From positions 1,440,001 to 1,472,000 of the forward strand of contig NC_013849.1 of assembly GCF_000025505.1 (NCBI RefSeq): a stretch of DNA of 32,000 bases, read 5' to 3'. Below the pieces are notes generated by a model. That model saw only the letters and a program-made list of their open reading frames with translations. It was not told the origin of the DNA and did not search any database. Shown one piece after another: positions 9,017 through 17,336 of this stretch (its first letter is position 1; each line of letters opens with the position of its first letter). The DNA is from Ferroglobus placidus DSM 10642 (lineage in GTDB: Archaea > Halobacteriota > Archaeoglobi > Archaeoglobales > Archaeoglobaceae). Made by a program: the position numbers and the translations under genes.

Positions 9017-9912
9017 TCGCCGGGAGCTAAATATTCCGTTTTAAGACCTAACGGCTCTAAAGCTACCTCCTCACTCGAAATCGCAAAAACTTCACTGTCT
9101 TCAGCTACTAAAGCCGGGCGTAAACCGAGTTTGTCTTTAGCCACGCCGATCTCGTTCGGAGTTGAAATAATAAATGCGAAAGGTCCGTCCAGGCCGTTTA
9201 CGGCACTTTCCAAAGCTTCTTCGAGGCTGTATCCTTCCAGAAGCTTGTCGGCAACGTAGTGAACTATGCATTCGGTGTCGTTATCAGTTGTGAAGTAGTG
9301 TCCTTTAGCTTCAAGTCTCGCTCTCGTTTTCCAGTAGTTCGTTATCTGTCCGTTGTGCACCACTGCTATGTCCGGATACAGAAAGCTCTGGAAGGGGTGG
9401 GCGTGATATCTGTCTACTCCGCTCTCGGTTGAGAATCTTATGTGTCCTATCGCATGAGTCCCTCCTCTCTTCGATATTCCGTAAGCTTCGTCAACGTGGG
9501 TAATGTAGCCGACATCCTTGAATATCTCGAACTTCCCGGCTGAAAGGACTGAAACTCTTTCCATTGACTGCAACCTTAAAGCTAATTTTTTGAGAAGCGG
9601 AAAGTCAATTCCCTTAACGTTGAAGTCCTTGATTACGTAATCCTCTCCTTCCCTTACTGTTTCCGTTGATTTTAGCTTGGCAAATCTCTCCAAAATTTCT
9701 TCGACCTTTTCAGTCGTTTCAATTCTTTCGAAAGTGTCTCCGAGTATTTCGAGCCTTATTATAAATTCGTCCTCATCGAGGGATCGTGAGTTGTAAATCG
9801 CAACTCCCGCTCCATCCTTTCCCCTGTGCTGAAGGTTCTTCATCATTTCAACGACAATGCTACCGAGGTCATCTCTCCTCTTCTTGAAAAGAACACCGAC
9901 TATCCCGCACAT
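8995..9912 (-). CDS. Class II glutamine amidotransferase domain protein (GltB1-like)
   Basis: N-terminal MCGIVGVLFKKR with Cys2 nucleophile, LQHRGKDGAG, GHIRFSTESG, FQSFLYPDIAVVHNGQITNYWKTR. Confidence 0.92.
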   Translation of the reverse strand: MCGIVGVLFKKRRDDLGSIVVEMMKNLQHRGKDGAGVAIYNSRSLDEDEFIIRLEILGDTFERIETTEKVEEILERFAKLKSTETVREGEDYVIKDFNVKGIDFPLLKKLALRLQSMERVSVLSAGKFEIFKDVGYITHVDEAYGISKRGGTHAIGHIRFSTESGVDRYHAHPFQSFLYPDIAVVHNGQITNYWKTRARLEAKGHYFTTDNDTECIVHYVADKLLEGYSLEEALESAVNGLDGPFAFIISTPNEIGVAKDKLGLRPALVAEDSEVFAISSEEVALEPLGLKTEYLAPGEWRVFRR

Positions 9913-9966
9913 CCCAACTTCCTTGATATTCGCTACTTTTAAACTTAACTGTATGCAATTGTATGG

Positions 9967-10629
9967 CTAAAGCTTCAGGAAATTTTCGAGAAGAATTTTG
10001 CAGCTTCTCTGCATCTCAGGCAAAAAAATCTTGCTATCTTCGATTATCTTCGATTTTTCCTCTTCATCCATTCCTTTCTCGTACTTCAGCCACGTTTTTA
10101 TCAAATCGAGGGTCATCTCTATGTGGAACTGTAACCCTATCGCTTTTCCCAATCTGAAAGCTTGATTTCTCACAACTTTTCCCTCGTATAGGAGCTTGCT
10201 ATCGTTTGGTAAATCAAAAGTGTCGTTGTGCCACTGGAAAACCCTCATCTTCTCGGGCAGACCTCTTGTTATCTCGTCATCTCCCACCTTCTTAACGTCA
10301 TACCAGCCGAGCTCCTTTTTGTAGGGGTAAACTTTACTTCCCATAGCACTCGCTATGAGCTGAGCACCGAGGCAGATGCCGAGGATGGGGAGATTGTTTT
10401 TTATAGCCTCTCTGATCAGGTTTTTCTCCTCGGAGAGGAAAGGATACAAATCGTCTTCGTAAGCCCCCATGGGTCCGCCCAAAATTATTATGTGAGATGC
10501 GTACCTCGCTCTAACTTCGTTCGTCTCGTACACCCTCTCGTAATCGAAAGCGATTCCCTTCTCTTCGAGTATCTTCTCTATGTATCCAAGGGGTTCAACG
10601 GGAGAGTGCTGTATTGCGACAACCTTCAC
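9967..10629 (-). CDS. Class I glutamine amidotransferase (GMP-synthase-GATase-like)
   Basis: LPILGICLGAQLIA nucleophile elbow, GGPMGAYEDD, and downstream AIGLQFHIEMT. Confidence 0.88.
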   Translation of the reverse strand: MKVVAIQHSPVEPLGYIEKILEEKGIAFDYERVYETNEVRARYASHIIILGGPMGAYEDDLYPFLSEEKNLIREAIKNNLPILGICLGAQLIASAMGSKVYPYKKELGWYDVKKVGDDEITRGLPEKMRVFQWHNDTFDLPNDSKLLYEGKVVRNQAFRLGKAIGLQFHIEMTLDLIKTWLKYEKGMDEEEKSKIIEDSKIFLPEMQRSCKILLENFLKL

Positions 10630-10779
10630 AGCAACTCATTTCCTAAAAACTTTTTAAAGCTTTTCCTCAATTAATGAAAATTGTTAAATTTACAAGTGAC
10701 TTACATGAGCATTTTTCAATACATGTCAGGCTGAGCAGCTGAGGGGAAACTTAAAAACATACTCGTCAGATGTTTTTTC

Positions 10780-11814
10780 GTGAGGTACGTCGTCGGTTTG
10801 ATAAACAAGTACGACGCTGGAAAATTCCCGAAAGATTTAAAGGAAATGGGGATAGGCAGAGTTATTCAGCTTGCATCAAACGAAAACCCTTATCCCCCTC
10901 CGGAGGAGGTTATCGAAGCTGTTAAAAAGGAGGTTTTGTGGATAAATCGATATCCCCATCCGGAGTACAGAGATTTAAAGGAGAAGATAGCGGAATACTG
11001 TAAAGTTGATTACGGCATGATTTCCATCGGGAGTGGAGCGATGGACATTCTCAAAGTGATTGCAGACGTTCTGCTTGAGCCTTTCGATAAAGTCGTTGTG
11101 CCCATGCCTTCCTACAGCTACTACACCTTCGTTTCAATGCTGAGGGATGCTGGAGTTGAGGAGGTAATTTTTGAGGGATACAGAGTTAACGTGGAAAGTC
11201 TCTCCGGAAAGCTCGTCTTCCTCTGCTCTCCGAACAATCCGACCGGGAACACCGTAGACGAAAAAACGGTGAGAGATGCTTGCGAGAATTTCGAGTACGT
11301 TGTTTTGGACGAGGCTTACGCGGAATTTGCGGGAAAAAGCTTTGTAAAGCTTCTTGACGAATACGAGAACCTCATAATTCTCAGAACGTTCTCCAAGTAT
11401 TTCGGATTAGCGGGAATGAGAGTCGGTTACTCCCTTTCCAACGAAAGTATTGCTGAGGCTATCGAAAAAATAAGGAGTCCCTTCGCAATTTCACCGCTCG
11501 CTGCCAAAGCGGCAGAGGTCGCTCTGGATAATCTGGATTACTATGAGAGGGTTAGGAGGAAAATAGTGACGCTGAGGGAGAAAATGAGGAGGGAGCTCGA
11601 AAATTATTATTACGTTTATCCGAGCGAAGCGAACTTCTTGCTTTTCAAGCACGACAGAGAAAATTTGGTCGACGAGTTTTTGAAGAGGGGAATTATTCTA
11701 AGAGATGTGACGGGATTGAGGGGGCTCGAAGGAAATCACGTTAGGGTGACGGTTGGGAGGGAAGGAGAGGTCGAGATTTTTCTTGAAGTTTTGAGGGAAA
11801 TAAATGAAGATTAG
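10780..11814 (+). CDS. hisC: Histidinol-phosphate aminotransferase
   Basis: 344 aa, GTG start. LASNENPYPPP, CSPNNPTGN, VLDEAYAEF, RTFSKYFGLAGMRVGY. Confidence 0.92.
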   Translation: MRYVVGLINKYDAGKFPKDLKEMGIGRVIQLASNENPYPPPEEVIEAVKKEVLWINRYPHPEYRDLKEKIAEYCKVDYGMISIGSGAMDILKVIADVLLEPFDKVVVPMPSYSYYTFVSMLRDAGVEEVIFEGYRVNVESLSGKLVFLCSPNNPTGNTVDEKTVRDACENFEYVVLDEAYAEFAGKSFVKLLDEYENLIILRTFSKYFGLAGMRVGYSLSNESIAEAIEKIRSPFAISPLAAKAAEVALDNLDYYERVRRKIVTLREKMRRELENYYYVYPSEANFLLFKHDRENLVDEFLKRGIILRDVTGLRGLEGNHVRVTVGREGEVEIFLEVLREINED

Positions 11815-12160
11815 AAGGGAGTTAATAGAGGCGTTGATTGAAGCAGCTAAGGAAACGCATCCTCACGAGTTTTTCGCTCTGCTTACAGGAAAAAGAGGAG
11901 TTATAGAGGAGTTCATCTTTATCCCCTTCGAATCTGGAGAGAACTTCGCCTCCTTTAACCTCGACTTGGTACCTTTGGGAATGAAAATTTACGGAACAGC
12001 CCACAGCCACCCGAGTTCGAATCCTTATCCGTCGAGCGAGGACTTGAGGACTTTTACTCACGGAAAAGTTCACATAATCATACACTACCCCTACTGCAAA
12101 AACTGCTGGAAGGCTTACGACAGCAGAGGAAACGAGGTTGTGCTCGAAGTTGTGGATTGA
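11804..12160 (+). CDS. JAMM/MPN+ metalloprotease (JAB domain)
   Basis: 118 aa. Conserved Glu in ETHPHEFF and full metal site AHSHPSSNPYPSSEDL (HxH...D). Overlaps the hisC 3' end. Confidence 0.85.
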   Translation: MKIRRELIEALIEAAKETHPHEFFALLTGKRGVIEEFIFIPFESGENFASFNLDLVPLGMKIYGTAHSHPSSNPYPSSEDLRTFTHGKVHIIIHYPYCKNCWKAYDSRGNEVVLEVVD

Positions 12161-12185
12161 CAAAAGATTTACGTTGCCTACATTT

Positions 12186-12806
12186 TTACTCTTTAACGAG
12201 TTTGTAAGCTACGTAAATTACTATAGCTGTAATGCTTGCTGCTAAAATTGCAAAAAGTATAATTTCCACAGGAGTTACAGTACCGCCAAGGGGTTTTGGA
12301 GCGATATTTCTATTCTTGAACAAGAGCAATTTTGTTAAAAACACAATCACAACGAGAGTTGAAAATATAATTATTCTTAAAGACTTCTTTCTCAAAATAC
12401 TTTTTCCAGCTTCCGTCAATTCATAGTATTTCCATTTCCTGTTTGACCGAACCTTTCTAACGAATCCAGCTTTTTCAAGAAGAGAGAGATGGTAATGTAC
12501 TGTTGGTACCGATAAATTCAACAACCTTGCCAATTCTGAGGCAGTATACCTTCTTTCACTCAAATGCTTCAAAATTTTTGTCCGAAACTTGTTCATAAGA
12601 ATCTTAGCTTCCTCGACAGATATTTTGTCTTCTTCCAACATTTTTTGAGTGAAATTTGAAAGAACGTATAAAAATTTTACGGAAATTTTAGAAAGTCTTC
12701 TGATGATTTCGTCATAATTTTTAGTTATTTCTATGTTTTTGATAGTTATGAGAAAAAGTGGTGGAGTTGAAGTAGGGATCGTTCTACTATTCGTTTTAGC
12801 AGCCAT
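12186..12806 (-). CDS. Winged-helix DNA-binding protein with two C-terminal transmembrane segments (start uncertain; ATG 12641 possible)
   Basis: YTASELARLLNLSVPTVHYHLSLLEKAGFVRK ArsR-type wHTH followed by IIIFSTLVVIVFLTKLLLF and VEIILFAILAASITAIVIYVAYKL helices. Confidence 0.75.
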   Translation of the reverse strand: MAAKTNSRTIPTSTPPLFLITIKNIEITKNYDEIIRRLSKISVKFLYVLSNFTQKMLEEDKISVEEAKILMNKFRTKILKHLSERRYTASELARLLNLSVPTVHYHLSLLEKAGFVRKVRSNRKWKYYELTEAGKSILRKKSLRIIIFSTLVVIVFLTKLLLFKNRNIAPKPLGGTVTPVEIILFAILAASITAIVIYVAYKLVKE

Positions 12807-13542
12807 AGATGCTGTGAACGCCTATGAATATTCAATAACAATTGTTGAAGACTACGAGCACAGTTCTGACTTATGGCCATGTAACGTAGAGGACCTTACA
12901 CCTTGGGGTACAAGGGAAGCTAATGTTGTCGAAGAATGGCTCAGTAATGCTGGATGGTCCAAAGTTTTTCGTCATAAAGATAGCGGTGTTACAAAAGAGG
13001 ACTTTGGTACAAGTAATGCAGGATATCAAGGGCTAGACGAGGCGGATTTTCATTTCCACATTGGTCATGGATATAATTTACCGGTCTGGGGGACTTTCTT
13101 AGCACTCTGGAACTGGTCTCCGTGCTCGGGGGGTCTTACGATCCATCCATCTGATGTTGCTAAAAAATGGGATTTTGACAATGAGTGGGTCTTTTTGCAC
13201 AGCTGTAATGTGTTGAGCGATGTTAGTGAGTGGGGTAAAGCGCTAAAGTATTCCCACATGATTATGGGATTTTCCACAACAACGTACACAAGCACAGAAT
13301 TGCTTGATAGATTCTTTAGAGCAGCGATTGAGTGGGATTGGGATGTGTATTGGTCATATTATCATGCAACTACGGAGACTTACAAGGGTTATGATAGTAC
13401 AATTAAAGCGGTAATCATTGCAGACAATTCTGATCAGCTATATAACGATCATTTGTGGGGTCAGGGGAATGTTGAGCCAGATGAATACCCAGACGATGAT
13501 GAAGTCGTTTATAGAGAGTGGATTTGTTCGGGAGGTGAGTAA
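12748..13542 (+). CDS. Exported DUF6345-like protein with clan CD (caspase/CHAT-like) signature
   Basis: Signal peptide/TM VEVGIVLLFVLAAIDAVNA. FHFHIGHGYN (His-Gly) and WVFLHSCNVL (Cys) follow predicted strands. The family name is a recollection, not a search result. Confidence 0.65.
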   Translation: MRKSGGVEVGIVLLFVLAAIDAVNAYEYSITIVEDYEHSSDLWPCNVEDLTPWGTREANVVEEWLSNAGWSKVFRHKDSGVTKEDFGTSNAGYQGLDEADFHFHIGHGYNLPVWGTFLALWNWSPCSGGLTIHPSDVAKKWDFDNEWVFLHSCNVLSDVSEWGKALKYSHMIMGFSTTTYTSTELLDRFFRAAIEWDWDVYWSYYHATTETYKGYDSTIKAVIIADNSDQLYNDHLWGQGNVEPDEYPDDDEVVYREWICSGGE

Positions 13543-13543
13543 A

Positions 13544-14275
13544 ATGATTTTAAGAATTATCGTCGCTATTTTACTAATTATGGCTCTTAGCACGACTCTA
13601 TATACTTGGCTAAATGACCAAAATCCGTTACCAAAATCAGTGGGTAAGGATGGAAAGATAATGTTGAAGACGAAGCTTCCAGAAATTAAAGTTGCCGCCG
13701 TATATAGGATAGTGGATGTTGAAAGGGTGTTAATCCCCCCAAAGAAAAATCTTAGAGAGGTTAAGTTCGTGCCGAGCGAAAGTGAGGCCATTAATATACT
13801 TAATAGCTACCTTAACATCTCTGGGTATAATGGTCTCGTGCTAAAAAATGTTGAGACGGTGACTACTAAAACTATAAATACAAAAACGGGAGAGATAACT
13901 AAAGTAAAGCCAGAATTTGTGAGCATAGTATATGGAAGAGAAATTAATGGAACTCCAGTAATTGGTCCGGCTGCTGACGGAATAGTTGCAGCGGTGGCGG
14001 ATAATGAAGTAATATACCTGTCAAAGCTGTGGAGAAAAGTTGAAAAAATTGGCGAAAAACGAATAATTACTGCTGAAAATGCACTTAAAAAACTTGAATA
14101 TGGAGAATTACTAAATAATCCACTTTATACTGGTACTAAGCTTGAAATTAGAGATGTGAAACTTGCCTATTATGCAGAGAACGAAAATCAGAAATACTAT
14201 AAAGTCGTCTGGCTATTTAAATGTGTAGATGAATACGGAAACTGGGTAGATATCATAGTAGATGCGAGTAGTTAA
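13544..14275 (+). CDS. Membrane-anchored extracytoplasmic protein associated with the DUF6345-like gene
   Basis: ATG 13544 lies 1 nt after the previous stop. N-term MILRIIVAILLIMALSTTLYTW anchor and a mixed alpha/beta ectodomain ending KLAYYAENENQKYYKVVWLFKCVDEYGNWVDIIVDA. Confidence 0.65.
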   Translation: MILRIIVAILLIMALSTTLYTWLNDQNPLPKSVGKDGKIMLKTKLPEIKVAAVYRIVDVERVLIPPKKNLREVKFVPSESEAINILNSYLNISGYNGLVLKNVETVTTKTINTKTGEITKVKPEFVSIVYGREINGTPVIGPAADGIVAAVADNEVIYLSKLWRKVEKIGEKRIITAENALKKLEYGELLNNPLYTGTKLEIRDVKLAYYAENENQKYYKVVWLFKCVDEYGNWVDIIVDASS

Positions 14276-14286
14276 GGGGGTTACAA

Positions 14287-14517
14287 ATGATGATTGAACA
14301 GGAGTTTCTTAGGAACATTATTTTTCATCTCTTTATATCCAAACCTTTTAACCCACAGCAATTGTTAATCCTTTTTTCTATGATTTTTGCTGGAATTTAC
14401 CTTAAAAAGACCAAATCCGGCGTTATAAAAATCATTGGGACAATATTTGCAATCTTCGGAATTGTTGTTCTTGCAGTTAGAATTGCTGTTGTCCTTTACT
14501 TAGCTACACAAATCTAA
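14287..14517 (+). CDS. Small membrane protein (76 aa)
   Basis: Starts 11 nt after the preceding gene. Two to three hydrophobic segments (LLILFSMIFAGIYL; IIGTIFAIFGIVVLAVRIAVVLYLA). Confidence 0.55.
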   Translation: MMIEQEFLRNIIFHLFISKPFNPQQLLILFSMIFAGIYLKKTKSGVIKIIGTIFAIFGIVVLAVRIAVVLYLATQI

Positions 14518-14537
14518 CGTTAGTTGTTTGTGGTGAG

Positions 14538-14805
14538 ATGATGAAAATACATCGAAAATTGCAATAGCTCAGGTCTCTCCAGAATATATGGAAGAAGGAG
14601 GGAAGCATCGAAAAGGCATGGGTAACAATGGAAAAAGCTGGAAAGAGAGGAGCGAAGCTGATATTTGCGGAGCTGGATCTTGAGGAGATGCTTGCAACCA
14701 AAGCTTACTTCGACTGAGCTATTTAACAGCAAATGGGATGTCATTCAGATAGTTTACAGAGCGAAAAAGAATGTTCCAATAGAGATAGTTAAATCTGCGA
14801 ATTAG
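14538..14805 (+). pseudogene. Remnant of a carbon-nitrogen hydrolase (nitrilase) gene with internal deletion and frameshifts
   Basis: Spliced frames read KIAIAQVSPEYM / KEGSIEKAWVTMEKAGKRGAKLIF, then AELDLEEMLATKAYFD*, then a shifted SKWDVIQIVYRAKKNVPIEIVKSAN*. These resemble the N- and C-terminal ends of nitrilases without the catalytic middle. Confidence 0.5.
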
Positions 14806-15032
14806 GATATAATATCATCAAGGGCTATTGAAGAGGTTGTTAGAAAGTACATCACTTCCGTAGAAAAAGTTGAGGGGGCTTTTGAGCAAACTTCGAAAGG
14901 TGCTTGAAGAAAGAGGTCACGAATCTTAACGATTAAAAATTGAGAAATTTATTACCAAATAAAAACACTTCTGAAATCTGAGAATTCCGAAGCTATTTAG
15001 CTGAGGCTGAGAAATTGTTAGCAGGTGGTAGC

Positions 15033-16643
15033 ATGTACGACTTTCAGCTGATTTTGAAGCACGTACTTGAGCATGGCGTGAGATGGGCACCGAAACAGGA
15101 GATCGTTTACAGAGATCTGGTTAGATACACTTACGAAGACCTCTACGAAAGGGTTCACAGGCTTGCAAGCGCTTTGGAAGAAATTGGAGTTAAAAAGGGG
15201 ACTAAGGTGGCTGTTCTGGATTGGGACACGCATCGCTACTTAGAGTGTTACTTCGCAGTTCCCATGATGGGAGCAATTTTGCACAACGTCAACGTGAGGC
15301 TCAGTCTGGAAGACATACTTTACACGATGAAACACGCTGAGGATGAGGTAGTTCTCGTTAATCGCGAGTTCTTACCGTTGATTGAGAAGATAAAAGATAA
15401 GCTTGACACTGTAAAGAACTACGTAATTCTCACAGACGACGAAATGCCCGAAACTGATTTAACCGATTTAGAGTACGAGGAAATGCTCAAAAAAGCGAGC
15501 AAGGATTACGAATTTCCGGATCTGGATGAGAAAACAACTGCAACTCTCGGATACACTACTGGCACAACTGGAAGACCGAAAGGTGTTTACTTCAACCACC
15601 GCCAGCTTGTTCTCCACACTCTGGCTGTTGCTCTCGAGTTTGCGGCTTACGAAGACTACTGGGTCTCTTTCAGATCCAACGACGTTTACATGCCCCTCAC
15701 TCCCATGTTCCACGTTCACGCTTGGGGGATTCCCTACGTGGCAACTCTGCTCGGAGTTAAGCAGGTTTACCCCGGAAGATACGAGCCGAGGAGGATAGCG
15801 GAACTCGTGAAAAAGGAGGGAGTTACTCTAAGCCACTGCGTTCCGACAATTCTGAACATGGTACTTTCGGCTTTAAAAGAGGATGAGAGGCTCGACGGCT
15901 GGAAGGTTGTCATCGGCGGATCTAAGCTTCCGAAGGGTCTGGCTTTGAAGGCTATCGAGAAGGGAATAAAGATAACCTCTGGCTACGGAATGTCCGAAAC
16001 ATGTCCGGTTTTAACGATAGCCAAGCTTAAACCTGAGCTTCTAAGCCTGAGCGACGAGGAGAAGATTGAGTATTACGTTAAGACGGGCTTCCCAATTCCC
16101 TTCGTTTACCTGAGAGTCGTCAAGGAAGATTGGAAAGATGTCGAGCCGAACGAGAGAGATATGGGAGAAATCGTCGTGAGAGCTCCTTGGCTCACGCCGG
16201 AGTATTTGAAAGATCCGGAAAAAACGAAAGAGCTCTGGGAAGGGGGATGGCTTCACACCGGCGATATCGCAGTTGTTGACAAGCACGGCTACGTGAACAT
16301 CGTCGATAGGATAAAGGATGTCATCAAGAGCGGAGGAGAGTGGATATCCTCTCTCACTCTCGAAAGCCTGATAAGCACCCATCCAGCTGTTCAAGAAGTT
16401 GCGGTTGTAGGAATTCCGGACGAAAAGTGGGGAGAAAGACCGCTCGCTGTAATCGTGGTGAAAAAGGAGTTCGAAGGGAAGGTGAGCGAAGAGGAGATCA
16501 AAAAGCACCTGATGAAGTTCGTTGAGGAAGGTAAGATAACGAAGTGGGCTGTTCCGGACAAAATCGTTTTCGTGAACGAAATTCCGAAGACGAGTGTTGG
16601 AAAGATAAACAAGAGAGCACTGAAGGACATGTTCTCCGGCTGA
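15033..16643 (+). CDS. AMP-forming acyl-CoA synthetase
   Basis: [61 protein letters not shown] 15033 is preceded by GGTGG. Confidence 0.93.
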   Translation: MYDFQLILKHVLEHGVRWAPKQEIVYRDLVRYTYEDLYERVHRLASALEEIGVKKGTKVAVLDWDTHRYLECYFAVPMMGAILHNVNVRLSLEDILYTMKHAEDEVVLVNREFLPLIEKIKDKLDTVKNYVILTDDEMPETDLTDLEYEEMLKKASKDYEFPDLDEKTTATLGYTTGTTGRPKGVYFNHRQLVLHTLAVALEFAAYEDYWVSFRSNDVYMPLTPMFHVHAWGIPYVATLLGVKQVYPGRYEPRRIAELVKKEGVTLSHCVPTILNMVLSALKEDERLDGWKVVIGGSKLPKGLALKAIEKGIKITSGYGMSETCPVLTIAKLKPELLSLSDEEKIEYYVKTGFPIPFVYLRVVKEDWKDVEPNERDMGEIVVRAPWLTPEYLKDPEKTKELWEGGWLHTGDIAVVDKHGYVNIVDRIKDVIKSGGEWISSLTLESLISTHPAVQEVAVVGIPDEKWGERPLAVIVVKKEFEGKVSEEEIKKHLMKFVEEGKITKWAVPDKIVFVNEIPKTSVGKINKRALKDMFSG

Positions 16644-16699
16644 CTTTTTATTTTTTTGTTACAACAAGGGTTTTATTCAGCATTAAGCTTTACGAATTG

Positions 16700-17158
16700 A
16701 TGAAAAAAGTGGTAGCTACGGGAACTTTCGACATAATTCATCCGGGACACGTGAGGTTCTTAGAAGAGGCTAAGAAGCTCGGAGACTACCTTGTCGTGAT
16801 AGTGGCGAGGGAGAAAAACGTGAAGCATAAACCCAAGCCGATAATGCCTGAGGAGCAGAGGAGAAGGGTCGTCGAGGCTTTAAAGCCGGTTGACGAAGCG
16901 ATTCTCGGAGATGAAGAGGACATATTCAAACCGATCGAAAAAATTAAGCCCGACGTTATAGCTCTCGGCTACGATCAGCATTTTGACGAAGAATGGCTGA
17001 GAGAGGAGCTTAGAAAGAGGGGGATAAAGGCTGAAGTCGTGAGGATAAGAGCGAAAGAGGATTGCGAGCTTTGCAGCTCGGCAAAAATAATCGAAAGAAT
17101 TGTTACTCTCGCCTCTTCCCGACTGAAAGACTTTCAAGAACGGAAAGAGAAGCTTTAA
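16700..17158 (+). CDS. ribL: Archaeal FAD synthase / cytidylyltransferase family
   Basis: ATG 16700, [26 protein letters not shown] (HxGH), [21 protein letters not shown]. Confidence 0.85.
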   Translation: MKKVVATGTFDIIHPGHVRFLEEAKKLGDYLVVIVAREKNVKHKPKPIMPEEQRRRVVEALKPVDEAILGDEEDIFKPIEKIKPDVIALGYDQHFDEEWLREELRKRGIKAEVVRIRAKEDCELCSSAKIIERIVTLASSRLKDFQERKEKL

Positions 17159-17336
17159 CGTTCATCATGAAGTCTTCGAAAGCGTTTATCACTGCGCCTA
17201 TCTTTTCACTCTCTATAATTATCTTTAAGTTTTCATCTAATTCTGCTCTCGCCCAATCAACGTCGTCGGGCTTTAAAGCCTTGTAAACGATCTCGGCATC
17301 TTCTAAGTTAAGCTTCAGCTCAAGCTTGAACAGCAA
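17103..17336 (-). CDS. pcc1: KEOPS complex Pcc1-like subunit
   Basis: 77 aa. [12 protein letters not shown]..., [24 protein letters not shown]. Immediately upstream of the DHH phosphoesterase, a common archaeal arrangement. Confidence 0.75.
   Translation of the reverse strand: MLFKLELKLNLEDAEIVYKALKPDDVDWARAELDENLKIIIESEKIGAVINAFEDFMMNVKASLSVLESLSVGKRRE

Noticed and set aside
10228-10674. 148-aa plus-strand ORF opposite the class I amidotransferase
   Set aside because: Shadow ORF over a well-supported minus-strand gene, no recognisable domain.
10714-10745. Short repeats (ACATGAG/ACATGT and GCTGAG-CA-GCTGAG) upstream of hisC
   Set aside because: Too short and imperfect to separate from chance without comparative data. 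Could be an operator but not supported.
14504-14744. Two minus-strand ORFs (65 and 74 aa) over the degenerate region
   Set aside because: No protein-family features. The plus strand instead reads as nitrilase fragments with frameshifts.
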